Shown here piece by piece: positions 22,593 through 34,584 of a DNA stretch of 64,000 nt (positions are counted from its first letter, which is position 1; every line of letters begins with the position of its first letter). The stretch comes from an uncultured Acidimicrobiia bacterium (lineage in GTDB: Bacteria; Acidobacteriota; Terriglobia; Versatilivoradales; Versatilivoraceae). The position numbers and the translations under genes are program-made. Below the pieces are notes generated by a model. That model ran no database searches. It was given only the letters and a program-made list of their open reading frames with translations, and had not been told where the DNA came from. The DNA lies in the NCBI GenBank assembly GCA_963810905.1, contig CAWEPG010000003.1, positions 19,315 to 83,314 of the forward strand. Direction: 5' to 3'.

Positions 22593-23840
22593 ATGATGGT
22601 GACACTGGCACAACAGCGGAGATTTGCCTGGATCATTGCCGTTTTCTTTTTCGCAGGATCCGTGTTGAGCTACGTGGATCGAGCGGTGCTTGGCGTCGTA
22701 ATGCCTCAAGTCCGCAAGGACCTTTCACTCACGAATACAGATTACAGTCTGGCCACCACTTCTTTCCTGATCCTGTACATGATCTTCTACATCCTGGGAG
22801 GCCAACTCACCGATCGGCTGGGTAGTCGCCGGACATTTTCCCTGAACATCATCTTTTGGTCCCTTGCCAGCATGGCGCACGGGGTCGCGCGTGGAATCAC
22901 CAGTCTGTGCCTGTTTCGGGCTCTATTGGGTGTGGGCGAAGGAGGGTTTTTCCCCACGGCGATGCGAGGGATTGCAGAGTGGTTTCCTCCAGAGAATCGC
23001 GCCAAGGCTGTGGGACTTCTGATGTGCGGGATAAGCCTGGGGATGCTTTTGACTCCCCCGATTGTAGCCTGGATCACATTCCATTATGGCTGGCGCATGG
23101 CTTTTCTGGTAACCGGGTCTGTCGGTTTCTTCATTGTTCCTCCCTGGCTGCTATTTCACAAACGCATCCACAAGGCATACGGAATGCCGGACCCGGCTCC
23201 CGCTCAAGGCCGGAAAGATGAATCTTTGGATTGTGGGAGTTCCTCGTTGGGTCAGGTTCTGGTAAAGCGAAAGTACTGGTTATTTTTATTGGCGCGAGCC
23301 TTTCCCGATACCGTTACGTTCTTCTACCTGTTCTGGTTGCCTGGGTACTTTCAAGTTGTCCGGCATTATGATTTGGAGAAGGTTGGGAAGCTACTTTGGA
23401 TTCCATTTTTTTGTGCGGATCTGGGGGCTATAGGAGGGGCGTGGCTGAGCAGTGCCCTCATCCAGCGCGGTCTGGGACTGGATCGGGGACGTAAACTCCC
23501 CCTTTTATTTTCGGCAATTTGTACCATTATCGGTGCGGGAGCATATCTTGCTCCGACCCATCATCTGGCTCTCGCGCTAGTCAGTCTGGCGTTGTTCGGA
23601 CACTTTTCTTGGTCATCCAATATGCAAACCGTGATTACCGAAGTCATGCCTCGCAGACATTTGGCCACCCTGTACGGTTTGACCGGAGCCGTGGGGACGC
23701 TGATGGCTGCGCTGACACAACCGCTCGTCGGCCGATCTGTGGACTTGGTGGGCTATGGGCCAGCGTTTCTGGGGACAGCGATGGCTTATGTATTGGCCCT
23801 GGTTATGTTATTCAACGCCGGCAAAATCGAACAAATCTAG
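22593..23840 (+). CDS. MFS transporter (anion:cation symporter-like).
   Basis: SYVDRAVLGV, GQLTDRLGSRR (MFS motif A), GVGEGGFFP, and 12 TM segments. Confidence 0.8.
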   Translation: MMVTLAQQRRFAWIIAVFFFAGSVLSYVDRAVLGVVMPQVRKDLSLTNTDYSLATTSFLILYMIFYILGGQLTDRLGSRRTFSLNIIFWSLASMAHGVARGITSLCLFRALLGVGEGGFFPTAMRGIAEWFPPENRAKAVGLLMCGISLGMLLTPPIVAWITFHYGWRMAFLVTGSVGFFIVPPWLLFHKRIHKAYGMPDPAPAQGRKDESLDCGSSSLGQVLVKRKYWLFLLARAFPDTVTFFYLFWLPGYFQVVRHYDLEKVGKLLWIPFFCADLGAIGGAWLSSALIQRGLGLDRGRKLPLLFSAICTIIGAGAYLAPTHHLALALVSLALFGHFSWSSNMQTVITEVMPRRHLATLYGLTGAVGTLMAALTQPLVGRSVDLVGYGPAFLGTAMAYVLALVMLFNAGKIEQI

Positions 23841-24340
23841 AAAAGGACAATCCAGACACTTTCGGGGCTGCGATGAGATGGTGGGACGTGATCGCTCCGG
23901 CGCTCGCCGCCGATCATTGAGTCATTCGCTTCGATTCTGTCAAGAATTTTAAACCTGAAAGCGTTCGACCCTATGTGGTCCACCTGTTTCACCATACTCT
24001 GAATTCCATTGAAACAACCTGCAAGATTGAGGCAGCAGTCCAAAAACCCGCCCTAATTTTACACCTATTCAATCGTTACCCCTTTCCCTTCTCTTGCATC
24101 TTAGGTCATTGAGCGAGTCGCCCCGACCATTTGACGATGTGCCGCCACTTCACCCATGTTAAGCTTAAAAAGGCCTGGCTGGGAAAACCCGCCAGCACGG
24201 TGATCTGTTAGTAGAACCGAGCCAGCACGCGTTATCGGGCCAAGCCGAGTACCAAGAAGGCATTGAGCACTTCTGGAAATTGGTTTGCGCTTGCCAGCGG
24301 AATGAGTTTCTGGAAATAAGGGGTCTTTAATTAAATCAAT

Positions 24341-26233
24341 ATGAAAGGGGAGGCGCGAATCCCAACCAGCGAATCCAAGAACACCCAGCTGCTCAAACAG
24401 CTTCCGGAAGTTTGGGCATTGCTGCGGCCACGCCGCGGCCTGCTCGCAGTGGGCCTGCTTCTCATGGCTATCAATCGCGTCTCAGGACTCGTACTGCCGG
24501 CTTCGGCCAAATTTCTGATCGACGACGTCATCGGAAAACGGCAGACAAAGTTGTTGCTCCCGTTGGTGGCCACTGTGTTGACGGCCACTTTGATCCAGGG
24601 CGTAACCTCATTCGCGCTGACTCAATTGCTTTCGAAGGCCGCCCAACGGCTGATTGCCGAGCTCCGCCGCAAGGTTCAGGAACACGTTGGACGCCTGCCG
24701 GTCGCCTATTACGACGCTAACAAATCCGGGGCTCTCGTTTCGCGGATCATGAACGATGTGGAGGGTGTGCGAAACCTGATCGGAACAGGCCTCGTAGAGT
24801 TTCTGGGAGGGCTGCTGACTGCTTCCATCGCTCTGGTGGTTCTCGTTCGCATCAGCGCAGCAATGACCGGCGTCACGATCGCGCTTATGCTCGTCAGCGT
24901 TTTCGCGCTACGGAAAGCATTCGGGGTCATCCGTCCGATCTTTCGCGAGCGCTCAAAGATCAATGCCGAGGTCAGCGGCCGGCTAACGGAATCGCTCGCA
25001 GGCGTGCGCGTGGTGAAAGGGTACCACGCGGAGCAGCGAGAGCACCTGGTATTCTCCAAGGGTGTCCAGCGCCTGCTCGACAACGTCTTGCGTACCCTGA
25101 CGACCCTGTCCATGATGAGCTTTTCGACGACCGCATTGCTCGGCGTCGCCGGCGCCCTCGTAATGTGGATTGGTGCCCATCAAGTCCTCTCGGGATCGCT
25201 CACACTCGGCGGTTATTTCACCTATACCATGTTTCTGGCGTTCATGGTGGCTCCGCTCATTCAAGTCGTCGGCATCGGCACGCAATTGACTGAGGCAATC
25301 GCTGGACTGGAGCGTACGCGCGAAGTGCTCAATGAACGTCCGGAAGACGAAGATCCGCGCCGAGTCGTCACTCTCGCCGGCATGGAGGGGAAAGTTGCCT
25401 TCGAGAAGGTTACTTTCTCTTATGAACCAAACAAGCCAGTGCTCATGGATGTAAGCTTCCAGGCTTTACCGGGAACCGTGACCGCGCTCGTGGGCTCCTC
25501 AGGGTCCGGTAAGTCTACGATCATCGGGCTGGTTGCCGCGTTTCACGTACCTTCGTCGGGGCGCATTCTGGTGGACCATGAGGATCTTGCAACCGTTCGC
25601 CTCGACTCCTACCGTACGCGCCTTGGTGTTGTTCTACAGGAATCGTTCCTGTTTGACGGCAGTATTCGTGAGAACGTCGCTTTCTCTCGCCCGGGCGCGA
25701 GTGAGGACGAAATTTTGAACGCGTGCCGAATCGCGCGCGTGGACGAATTTGCTGAGCGCTTCCCGGAGAAGTATGACACGGTAATCGGCGAGCGGGGCGT
25801 CAAGCTGAGTGGTGGTCAGAGGCAGCGGGTATCGATCGCGCGGGCTGTCCTGGGTGATCCGCGTGTCCTGATTCTCGACGAGGCCACCTCGAGCCTGGAC
25901 TCCGAATCCGAGGCGCTGATCCAGGAAGGATTAGCAAAACTGATGCGTGGGCGCACAACGTTTGTCATCGCGCATCGATTGTCAACCATCCGTCGCGCCG
26001 ATCAGATTCTTGTTGTCGAGGCTGGAAGAATCGTGGAACACGGTACGCACAAATCGTTATATGCCGCAGGAGGCCGCTATTACGAGCTCTATACAAAGCA
26101 GCATGGCCTTGAGTCCAATTTATTCCTCGCCCCCGGTGAAGGCGATGTGATCGAGCCGGCCGAGTCTCAAAGTCTTGCACCCTCCCCAGCTAGTCCGGAT
26201 CTCCTGCGCTTGCTTCGCGACCGCTCGGGTTGA
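24341..26233 (+). CDS. ABC exporter, fused permease and ATPase (MsbA-like type I exporter).
   Basis: An N-terminal 6-TM domain, then Walker A GSSGSGKST, signature LSGGQRQRVSIARA and Walker B ILDEATSSLD. Confidence 0.85.
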   Translation: MKGEARIPTSESKNTQLLKQLPEVWALLRPRRGLLAVGLLLMAINRVSGLVLPASAKFLIDDVIGKRQTKLLLPLVATVLTATLIQGVTSFALTQLLSKAAQRLIAELRRKVQEHVGRLPVAYYDANKSGALVSRIMNDVEGVRNLIGTGLVEFLGGLLTASIALVVLVRISAAMTGVTIALMLVSVFALRKAFGVIRPIFRERSKINAEVSGRLTESLAGVRVVKGYHAEQREHLVFSKGVQRLLDNVLRTLTTLSMMSFSTTALLGVAGALVMWIGAHQVLSGSLTLGGYFTYTMFLAFMVAPLIQVVGIGTQLTEAIAGLERTREVLNERPEDEDPRRVVTLAGMEGKVAFEKVTFSYEPNKPVLMDVSFQALPGTVTALVGSSGSGKSTIIGLVAAFHVPSSGRILVDHEDLATVRLDSYRTRLGVVLQESFLFDGSIRENVAFSRPGASEDEILNACRIARVDEFAERFPEKYDTVIGERGVKLSGGQRQRVSIARAVLGDPRVLILDEATSSLDSESEALIQEGLAKLMRGRTTFVIAHRLSTIRRADQILVVEAGRIVEHGTHKSLYAAGGRYYELYTKQHGLESNLFLAPGEGDVIEPAESQSLAPSPASPDLLRLLRDRSG

Positions 26234-26275
26234 TGCGATTTCACGAGCCATTCGCCCACACGACATTTTCCAGAG

Positions 26276-26803
26276 TCAATCTGTAGACGGTTGATCACCC
26301 GATCCGTATCGCCTGCGTGCCCATTCCGCCTCTTCTGCGATATTTTCCAGGGCAAATCGCGTTTCACGGACCATGAACATGCAGCCGGAAACCAATCCCG
26401 TGACCCCGAATGTACCAATTGCGAGTCCTAACACAGCGGCTGTGCGAAACGCGAATTGTTGGCCATAAAAGGCCATTGCGGATCCAATGACGGAGATCAA
26501 GGCGGCCGCAGCAAACGCTCCGAGTGACCCATACAAGATGCGCAATGCCTTAAAGAGTAGCCGCGCCCGTACTTGCAACCGCTCGAGTTGGCTGACCCAC
26601 ACCTTGTACTCCGCACTCCCTACTTCGAGACAAGCGATCTCGGCAGCCACGACTCGGGTTCGGTCAACGACTCGAGCAATGCGATTGCTTGTCCCCAGAC
26701 ATAAGACTGAGGCGGCATTCGTAAGGACAGCCGGTGCGACCACGGCCGTTAATATTGCAAATGGATTGTCGTTTAGGGGGGACATGGCAGTTGAGTTGTC
26801 CAA
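26276..26803 (-). CDS. Membrane protein, DUF2721-like, hypothetical.
   Basis: A 175-aa ORF with two or three TM segments and a coiled region. There is only a weak family resemblance. Confidence 0.35.
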   Translation of the reverse strand: MDNSTAMSPLNDNPFAILTAVVAPAVLTNAASVLCLGTSNRIARVVDRTRVVAAEIACLEVGSAEYKVWVSQLERLQVRARLLFKALRILYGSLGAFAAAALISVIGSAMAFYGQQFAFRTAAVLGLAIGTFGVTGLVSGCMFMVRETRFALENIAEEAEWARRRYGSGDQPSTD

Positions 26804-26819
26804 GTGACGTAAAGTGCTC

Positions 26820-27400
26820 TTAGAGCTTAATGGATGTGCCCAGCACTTCGAGAAATTTCCCTAACCAAGCCGGATGGGCAGGCCAGGCTGGTGCCGTGAC
26901 AAAGTTTCCATCAACCTGGGCCTGATCCATAGGAATTTCCCGATATTTACCGCCCGCGCGATTGACTTCGGGACCAACTGCCGGGTAGGCGCTTATGTTT
27001 TTTCCTTCCACAATTCCTGCGGCCGTGAGGATTTGAGCACCATGGCAAATCGCGGCAATGGGCTTCTTCTCTGCTGCAAAGTGTCGTACGATTTCTAGCA
27101 CCCTTGGGTTTAGACGCAGGTATTCAGGCGCTCGCCCCCCGGAACAATCAGCGCATCATAGTCTTCTTCTCTCACATCATCAAAGGTGGCATTGAGCGCA
27201 AATTGATGCCCCGGTTTCTCGCTGTACGTCTGATCACCTTCAAAATCGTGAATTGCAGTCCGAACTTTTTGTCCGGCTTTCTTACCCGGGCAAACGGCAT
27301 GTACGTTGTGCCCGACCATCAAGAGTGCCTGGAAGGGTACCATCACCTCATAGTCTTCTACAAAGTCACCAACCAGCATCAGAATCGATTTCTTCGCCAT
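26820..27400 (-). CDS. DJ-1/PfpI family protein, frame-broken (1-bp deletion in a G-run at about 27113-27118).
   Basis: ORF 27110..27400 reads ...YDALIVPGG, then stops. ORF 26820..27101 carries the nucleophile elbow [10 protein letters not shown]. Reading [19 protein letters not shown] across the junction needs one extra base in the gggggg run. Confidence 0.75.
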
Positions 27401-27663
27401 TTTGTACTCCGTTCGAATAATCTGTTTTCCTCAGCAAAAATGGGATCCCGCAATTTCTCCCAGATCAATCACCGACCACCTGAGAGAGAAATATCCTCAA
27501 ACATGCTATAGAGGAATTTTACACGATCTTCAATTCTTGGACAGCTTGTAATCCCAATTGCAATCCCTAAGACACCATGCCTATGCGAGACTGTGGAAAA
27601 CACACTCCTGATAATTGTTGGACAGCGACAAACCGCTGACAATCGTCAGCAGAAAACCGATCC

Positions 27664-30348
<2,685 letters not shown>

Positions 30349-30527
30349 CTCTCTGTTGGAAGAGAATTAAGATAAATCCATTCATGTAGAGAATGCAAGT
30401 GAGAGCCACATTCACCATCGTATAGATAAAGTCTTGTGCTTCGGTGACAAGAGCAGCAACACGTGTCGAGAGCCAATGTCCTCTTGTTGCGCGGCGTGAT
30501 CGAGTCTATTTCCTGTAATTAAAGACT

Positions 30528-30598
30528 AGTTGCGTTCGCCTTCCACTTCTAAATATACTTTCTCCCTTCGTTTCCCCTGACTAGGACGTTTCCCTTAA
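30528..30598 (+). promoter_or_regulatory. Conserved 5' leader or promoter shared by two diverged DUF3604-like paralogs (copy 1).
   Basis: ctaaatatactttctcccttcgtttcccctgactaggacgtttccctta is about 80 % identical to 34489-34538, although the downstream coding regions are only about 50-60 % identical at the protein level and differ in GC. Confidence 0.5.
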
Positions 30599-30645
30599 AC
30601 CTTGCTTCATCATAACTGTAGACACACAACCGAAGGAGAGGTGTT

Positions 30646-32616
30646 ATGAAAAGGAAAACTGCAGTAACCGCGGGTTTGATGTTCATCCTCGCCGGGTTTG
30701 GTGGGTTGATTTCCTGTAAGACAGCTCAAACACCGGAAGAGGCGCAGCGGTCCGGCCAAGCTGGCCAGGCCACGACCGAGCAGCCGCCGCAGCGCAACCC
30801 CGATCGCAACGCCTACTTCGGTGAGGAACACATCCACACCAGCTGGTCGGTGGACGCCTGGGTGATGGGCAACCGCATCACCGGACCTGACGACGCCCTC
30901 AAGTATGCTCAGGGCCAAACCATCAAGCATCCCATGGGCTACGACATCAAGATCGACACGCCCATGGACTTCATGGGTGTGACCGACCACTCCGAGTACG
31001 TCGGCGTCACCAAGGAAGCGAACACCCCGGGTTCGGCGATCAGCAAGATGCCGGAAGCGCAGCCCTTGATCCTCAAGGACCCCAACAACCCGGCGGAGCA
31101 GCAGAAGGTCTTCCTGTATCTCCTCTCTCTCACCAGCCGGCCTCCGATCAAGGCCTTCATGACACCGGAAGTGGCGGGCACCGTCTGGAAGGAAAACGTC
31201 AAGATCGCCGAGGAGAACAATCATCCGGGCAAGTTCACCGCGTTCTGTTCTTACGAGTGGACCTCCATGCCCAACAACCGCAACCTGCATCGCAACATCT
31301 TCTTCCGCGACTGCACCAATGTGCCGGCGATGCCCTTCAGCTCCATGGATTCCAACCATCCCGAGGACCTCTGGAAGTGGATGGACACCCAGCGCAAGGC
31401 CGGCAACGAGTTGTTGGCCATTTCGCATAACGCCAATGTGAGCGACGGCTGGATGTATCCCGTCGACCTCGACAGCTTCGGCAGGCCCATCGATGCGGCC
31501 TGGGCAGCCTCCCGCGACCGCAACGAGCGCCTGGTCGAAATCAAGCAGATCAAGGGGCAGTCCGAGACCCATCCCTTGTTGTCTCCCACCGACGAATTCG
31601 CCAACTACGAGATCTTCAGTGGCCTGCTCGGTCTTCCGCCAGACGTCGGCCGCATTGATCACATTCACGGCAGCTTCGCCCGCCAGGCCTACAAGGACGG
31701 CATAGCCATGCAGGACACCCGCGGCTACAACCCCTACAAGTTCGGCATGGCCGGCGGCTCCGACTCCCACAACACCGGCAGCCCTTACCGTCAGGACAAT
31801 TTCTATGGTGGACACGCCGAGGCGGACGGAACCGTTGAGAGGCGCCTGGCTGGGGTCATGCTGGGAAACACCATCGATGTGCGCCTGGAGAACCCGGGCG
31901 GACTGACCGGCGTGTGGGCCGAGGAAAACACCCGCGCCTCCCTCTGGGACGCCATGTATCGCAAGGAAACCTTCGGCGTCAGCGGCCCGCACATCAAAGT
32001 GCGCTTCTTCGGCGGTTGGGGCTACAACAACGACATCCTGAACGCCAGGGACTGGGTACACCAGTCCTATGCGAACGGCGTCCCCATGGGCGCCGACCTG
32101 CCTCCGATGAAGGGCATGGCTCCGACGTTCGTTGTCTGGGCGGTGAAAGACCCGACATCCGGCAATCTCGACCGCATCCAGATCATCAAGGGCTGGACCA
32201 AGAACGGCCAGAGCTTCGAGAAGATCTTCGACGTGGCCTGGTCCGGCGACCGCAAGGCCAATAAGTGGTCGGGCAGGGTTCCGGCGATCCAGAGCACCGT
32301 GGACCTGGAGAAAGCCACCTACACCAACACCGTCGGTTCGACGGAACTCAAGACAGTCTGGACCGATCCCGAGTTTGATGCCAGCCTGCATGCGTTCTAC
32401 TACGCCCGCGTGCTGGAGATCCCCACGCCGCGCTGGACCCTCATTCAGGCAGTGAAGGCCGGGGTTCCGCCGCCCGACGTGGTGCCGCTCACCGGCCAGG
32501 AGCGCGCCTGGAGTTCGCCCATCTGGTACACCCCGAGCGCTGAGGCGCGCAAGAATGCGCCCGCCGGCATGACGGTGGCCGACCTCAAGACAGAAAGGCG
32601 CAACCGCGCTGGGTGA
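30646..32616 (+). CDS. Secreted DUF3604-like putative metal-dependent hydrolase, intact copy, high GC.
   Basis: A signal peptide, then NAYFGEEHIHTSWSVDAW (HxH metal motif) and the conserved C-terminal YYARVLEIPTPRW...WSSPIWY. The gene is strongly GC3-rich, and the antisense strand stays open (684-aa shadow ORF), as expected for high GC. Confidence 0.5.
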   Translation: MKRKTAVTAGLMFILAGFGGLISCKTAQTPEEAQRSGQAGQATTEQPPQRNPDRNAYFGEEHIHTSWSVDAWVMGNRITGPDDALKYAQGQTIKHPMGYDIKIDTPMDFMGVTDHSEYVGVTKEANTPGSAISKMPEAQPLILKDPNNPAEQQKVFLYLLSLTSRPPIKAFMTPEVAGTVWKENVKIAEENNHPGKFTAFCSYEWTSMPNNRNLHRNIFFRDCTNVPAMPFSSMDSNHPEDLWKWMDTQRKAGNELLAISHNANVSDGWMYPVDLDSFGRPIDAAWAASRDRNERLVEIKQIKGQSETHPLLSPTDEFANYEIFSGLLGLPPDVGRIDHIHGSFARQAYKDGIAMQDTRGYNPYKFGMAGGSDSHNTGSPYRQDNFYGGHAEADGTVERRLAGVMLGNTIDVRLENPGGLTGVWAEENTRASLWDAMYRKETFGVSGPHIKVRFFGGWGYNNDILNARDWVHQSYANGVPMGADLPPMKGMAPTFVVWAVKDPTSGNLDRIQIIKGWTKNGQSFEKIFDVAWSGDRKANKWSGRVPAIQSTVDLEKATYTNTVGSTELKTVWTDPEFDASLHAFYYARVLEIPTPRWTLIQAVKAGVPPPDVVPLTGQERAWSSPIWYTPSAEARKNAPAGMTVADLKTERRNRAG

Positions 32617-32638
32617 CGCCCAACTCAAGGCGCTCGTC

Positions 32639-32995
32639 GTGGGCAAAGCCTTCTGGGTGCGCAATAACGTGACCGGTGAGCAGTTCAGCGTCAGCTACAC
32701 TGCCGAAGGTCAGAGCAACGTCTGGCATGTTGGCAGGAGCGCCACAACCCCGAGCAGCGTCGGCAACCCGGTGCGCGACGGCTACCAGGGAACCACCACG
32801 CCGTACAAGATTGAGAACGGCAAAGTGGTGACAACGATTTCCCAGGATCCCTTTGCGGTCACGGTCTACAAACTGGGCGACACCTATTACGGCGCACGCA
32901 GCAACGAATTCGGCTATGCCAACTACGAGATGATTCCGACGCCGCAGATCGTCATCAATCCGCTTGACGGCAATGATCAACCAGTTCTCGATTGA
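32639..32995 (+). CDS. Hypothetical protein, probably a fragment (no signal peptide or start context).
   Basis: A 118-aa ORF whose frame is open upstream (…LGDAQLKALVVGKAFWVRNNV) and runs into the stop of the preceding gene. Confidence 0.25.
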   Translation: MGKAFWVRNNVTGEQFSVSYTAEGQSNVWHVGRSATTPSSVGNPVRDGYQGTTTPYKIENGKVVTTISQDPFAVTVYKLGDTYYGARSNEFGYANYEMIPTPQIVINPLDGNDQPVLD

Positions 32996-33285
32996 GCTGG
33001 GGCTGACGGAACAACAGAAACAGCAGATCGTCCCCTTCCTGAAGCAGGAGGCGCCGAAACTGGAGGCGCTGAAGAAGAACACCTCTCTCAGGCCATTGCA
33101 GAAGGTGGAGCAGTTGAAGCAAATCGCAGCGCGAAGTCGATGCCAAAATCACGCCTCTCCTGGATCCGGCAGCAACAGCAGAAGTTCCAGGCGATACGCG
33201 AAGAGCACCGGCGTGAGTTGATAGAGAAGATGGCGAGCCAGGTGATGCAGAAGGTGGAAAGCGAGATAAAGCAGAAGCTGTAGAG
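32964..33285 (+). pseudogene. Truncated and frameshifted LTXXQ-motif (Spy/CpxP-like) periplasmic protein remnant.
   Basis: GLTEQQKQQIVPFLKQEAPKLEALKK...KVEQLKQIAA, then a shifted frame ...QQQKFQAIREEHRRELIEKMASQVMQKVESEIKQKL*. There is no signal peptide. Confidence 0.4.
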
Positions 33286-33776
33286 CCAGAAGTAAGAAAG
33301 AATCGCTGGGCTGGCCGGCAGCGCTTTAGTTTTGCGATTCTTGCGTGCGATCCGGAAGCACGTTCGCTTGGATGATCGCGTACAAGTTCAACCAAGACGG
33401 CTCTGCTCGATATCAATTCTGCAGGCTGACTCGCCGGGCAAAGACAAGGAATCCAACTAGCTGCCGACTTCTCCGGCGCGTTCAACAGCACCATTCGCAA
33501 TTATTGGCCAAAAGAAGATGCATTGAACGGCAACTACAAGAATCCGCCGATCAAGAAGGTGCAATAAAGGAATGTCTGACGGAGCCTGGCTTAGCCAAGG
33601 AAGACGCCTACCTGACTATTAATCGAGCAGTGTTGGAGGGCATAACTTCCGTGTTCTCTCCTCGCCCGCAGTCGGGGAGAGGGATCGGGGGTGAGGGGCG
33701 CGGTTAGCCCTAGGTGTCCTACTTCCGCACCTATTATAATCAGACTTCTTAAAAAGATTGAATCTAGGAAGGTCCA

Positions 33777-34145
33777 ATGAAAAAGATCCTCATGCTCGCG
33801 GCATTGGCCGAAGCGGGCACGGGAGTGATTTTGCTCGCCTATCCACCAATCGTCGTCCGGCTGCTGTTCGACACAGAACTCGTCGGTGCCAGCGTTATCA
33901 TGAGCCGCCTCGCGGGCATTGCTCTGATCGGATTGGGGGCCGCCTGCTGGCCGGCTAACCCTACAGTGCGGGCGTTTTACGGGATGGTGACCTATAGCTC
34001 GCTCGCCATGCTGTACCTTATTTACATCGGCGTCCGCGGAGAAGTGGTTGGGTTGCTATTGTGGCCGGCAGTTGTGGTCCATGCGATCCTCGTCGTTGTT
34101 CTCTGCCGCGCGCGAATCAAAGAAGAAAAGACGCCGGCGGCATAA
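33777..34145 (+). CDS. Small 4-TM membrane protein, hypothetical.
   Basis: A 122-aa ORF with four hydrophobic helices and a good start context. Confidence 0.4.
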   Translation: MKKILMLAALAEAGTGVILLAYPPIVVRLLFDTELVGASVIMSRLAGIALIGLGAACWPANPTVRAFYGMVTYSSLAMLYLIYIGVRGEVVGLLLWPAVVVHAILVVVLCRARIKEEKTPAA

Positions 34146-34192
34146 GGACTTGAACTGATGATTTGCCGTCTTTGCTTGGCAGCTTTTGAATT

Positions 34193-34385
34193 CCCCTCTC
34201 GGGAGGGGAGAGAGGGCTCGCAGAGCCCTCAGGGGTGGGTTTGAGCTCAGGTTGCATTCAAGACCGACCCACCCCTACCCCCTCCGTCGGAGGGGAATCA
34301 ATAGTCTTCTCCTCAGCCTAAGAGGGGCGGTCGCTAGTGCAACGAGCTGCTGACCTGAGGGAAAGCGGTAGCAAGCTACCGCACT
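34193..34385. repeat. Array of five or more GC-rich perfect hairpins (REP-like or terminator cluster).
   Basis: cccctc-tcgg-gagggg; gagggct-cgcag-agccctc; aggggtgggt-N26-acccacccct; ccctcc-gtc-ggaggg; gcggtagc-aa-gctaccgc. Confidence 0.5.
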
Positions 34386-34488
34386 CCAAAATTGATAAGT
34401 TCTCACGTATGGTGGTGAACGGGGAGTCAAGACTTCGCTCAGGATCTGGTTGAGTTTACATTCTTCATAGTGACCAGTTGCTTGCTGC

Positions 34489-34538
34489 GCCCTCAACTCT
34501 AAGTATACTTTTTCGTCAGTTTTCCCCTGACGGAACCG
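34489..34538 (+). promoter_or_regulatory. Conserved 5' leader or promoter, copy 2 (upstream of the decayed paralog).
   Basis: ctaagtatactttttcgtcagttttcccctgacggaaccgttcccattta aligns to 30549-30598. The RBS-proximal aaccgaaRgagag is also shared. Confidence 0.5.
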
Positions 34539-34584
34539 TTCCCATTTATACGTGAACACAATTTTCCGTCGACTAAGAACCGAA

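Noticed and set aside
30610-32664. A 684-aa ORF on the minus strand.
   Set aside because: It is exactly antisense to the high-GC DUF3604-like gene. It has an Arg/Gly/Ala/Val-rich low-complexity composition typical of a GC-rich shadow frame, and no start context.
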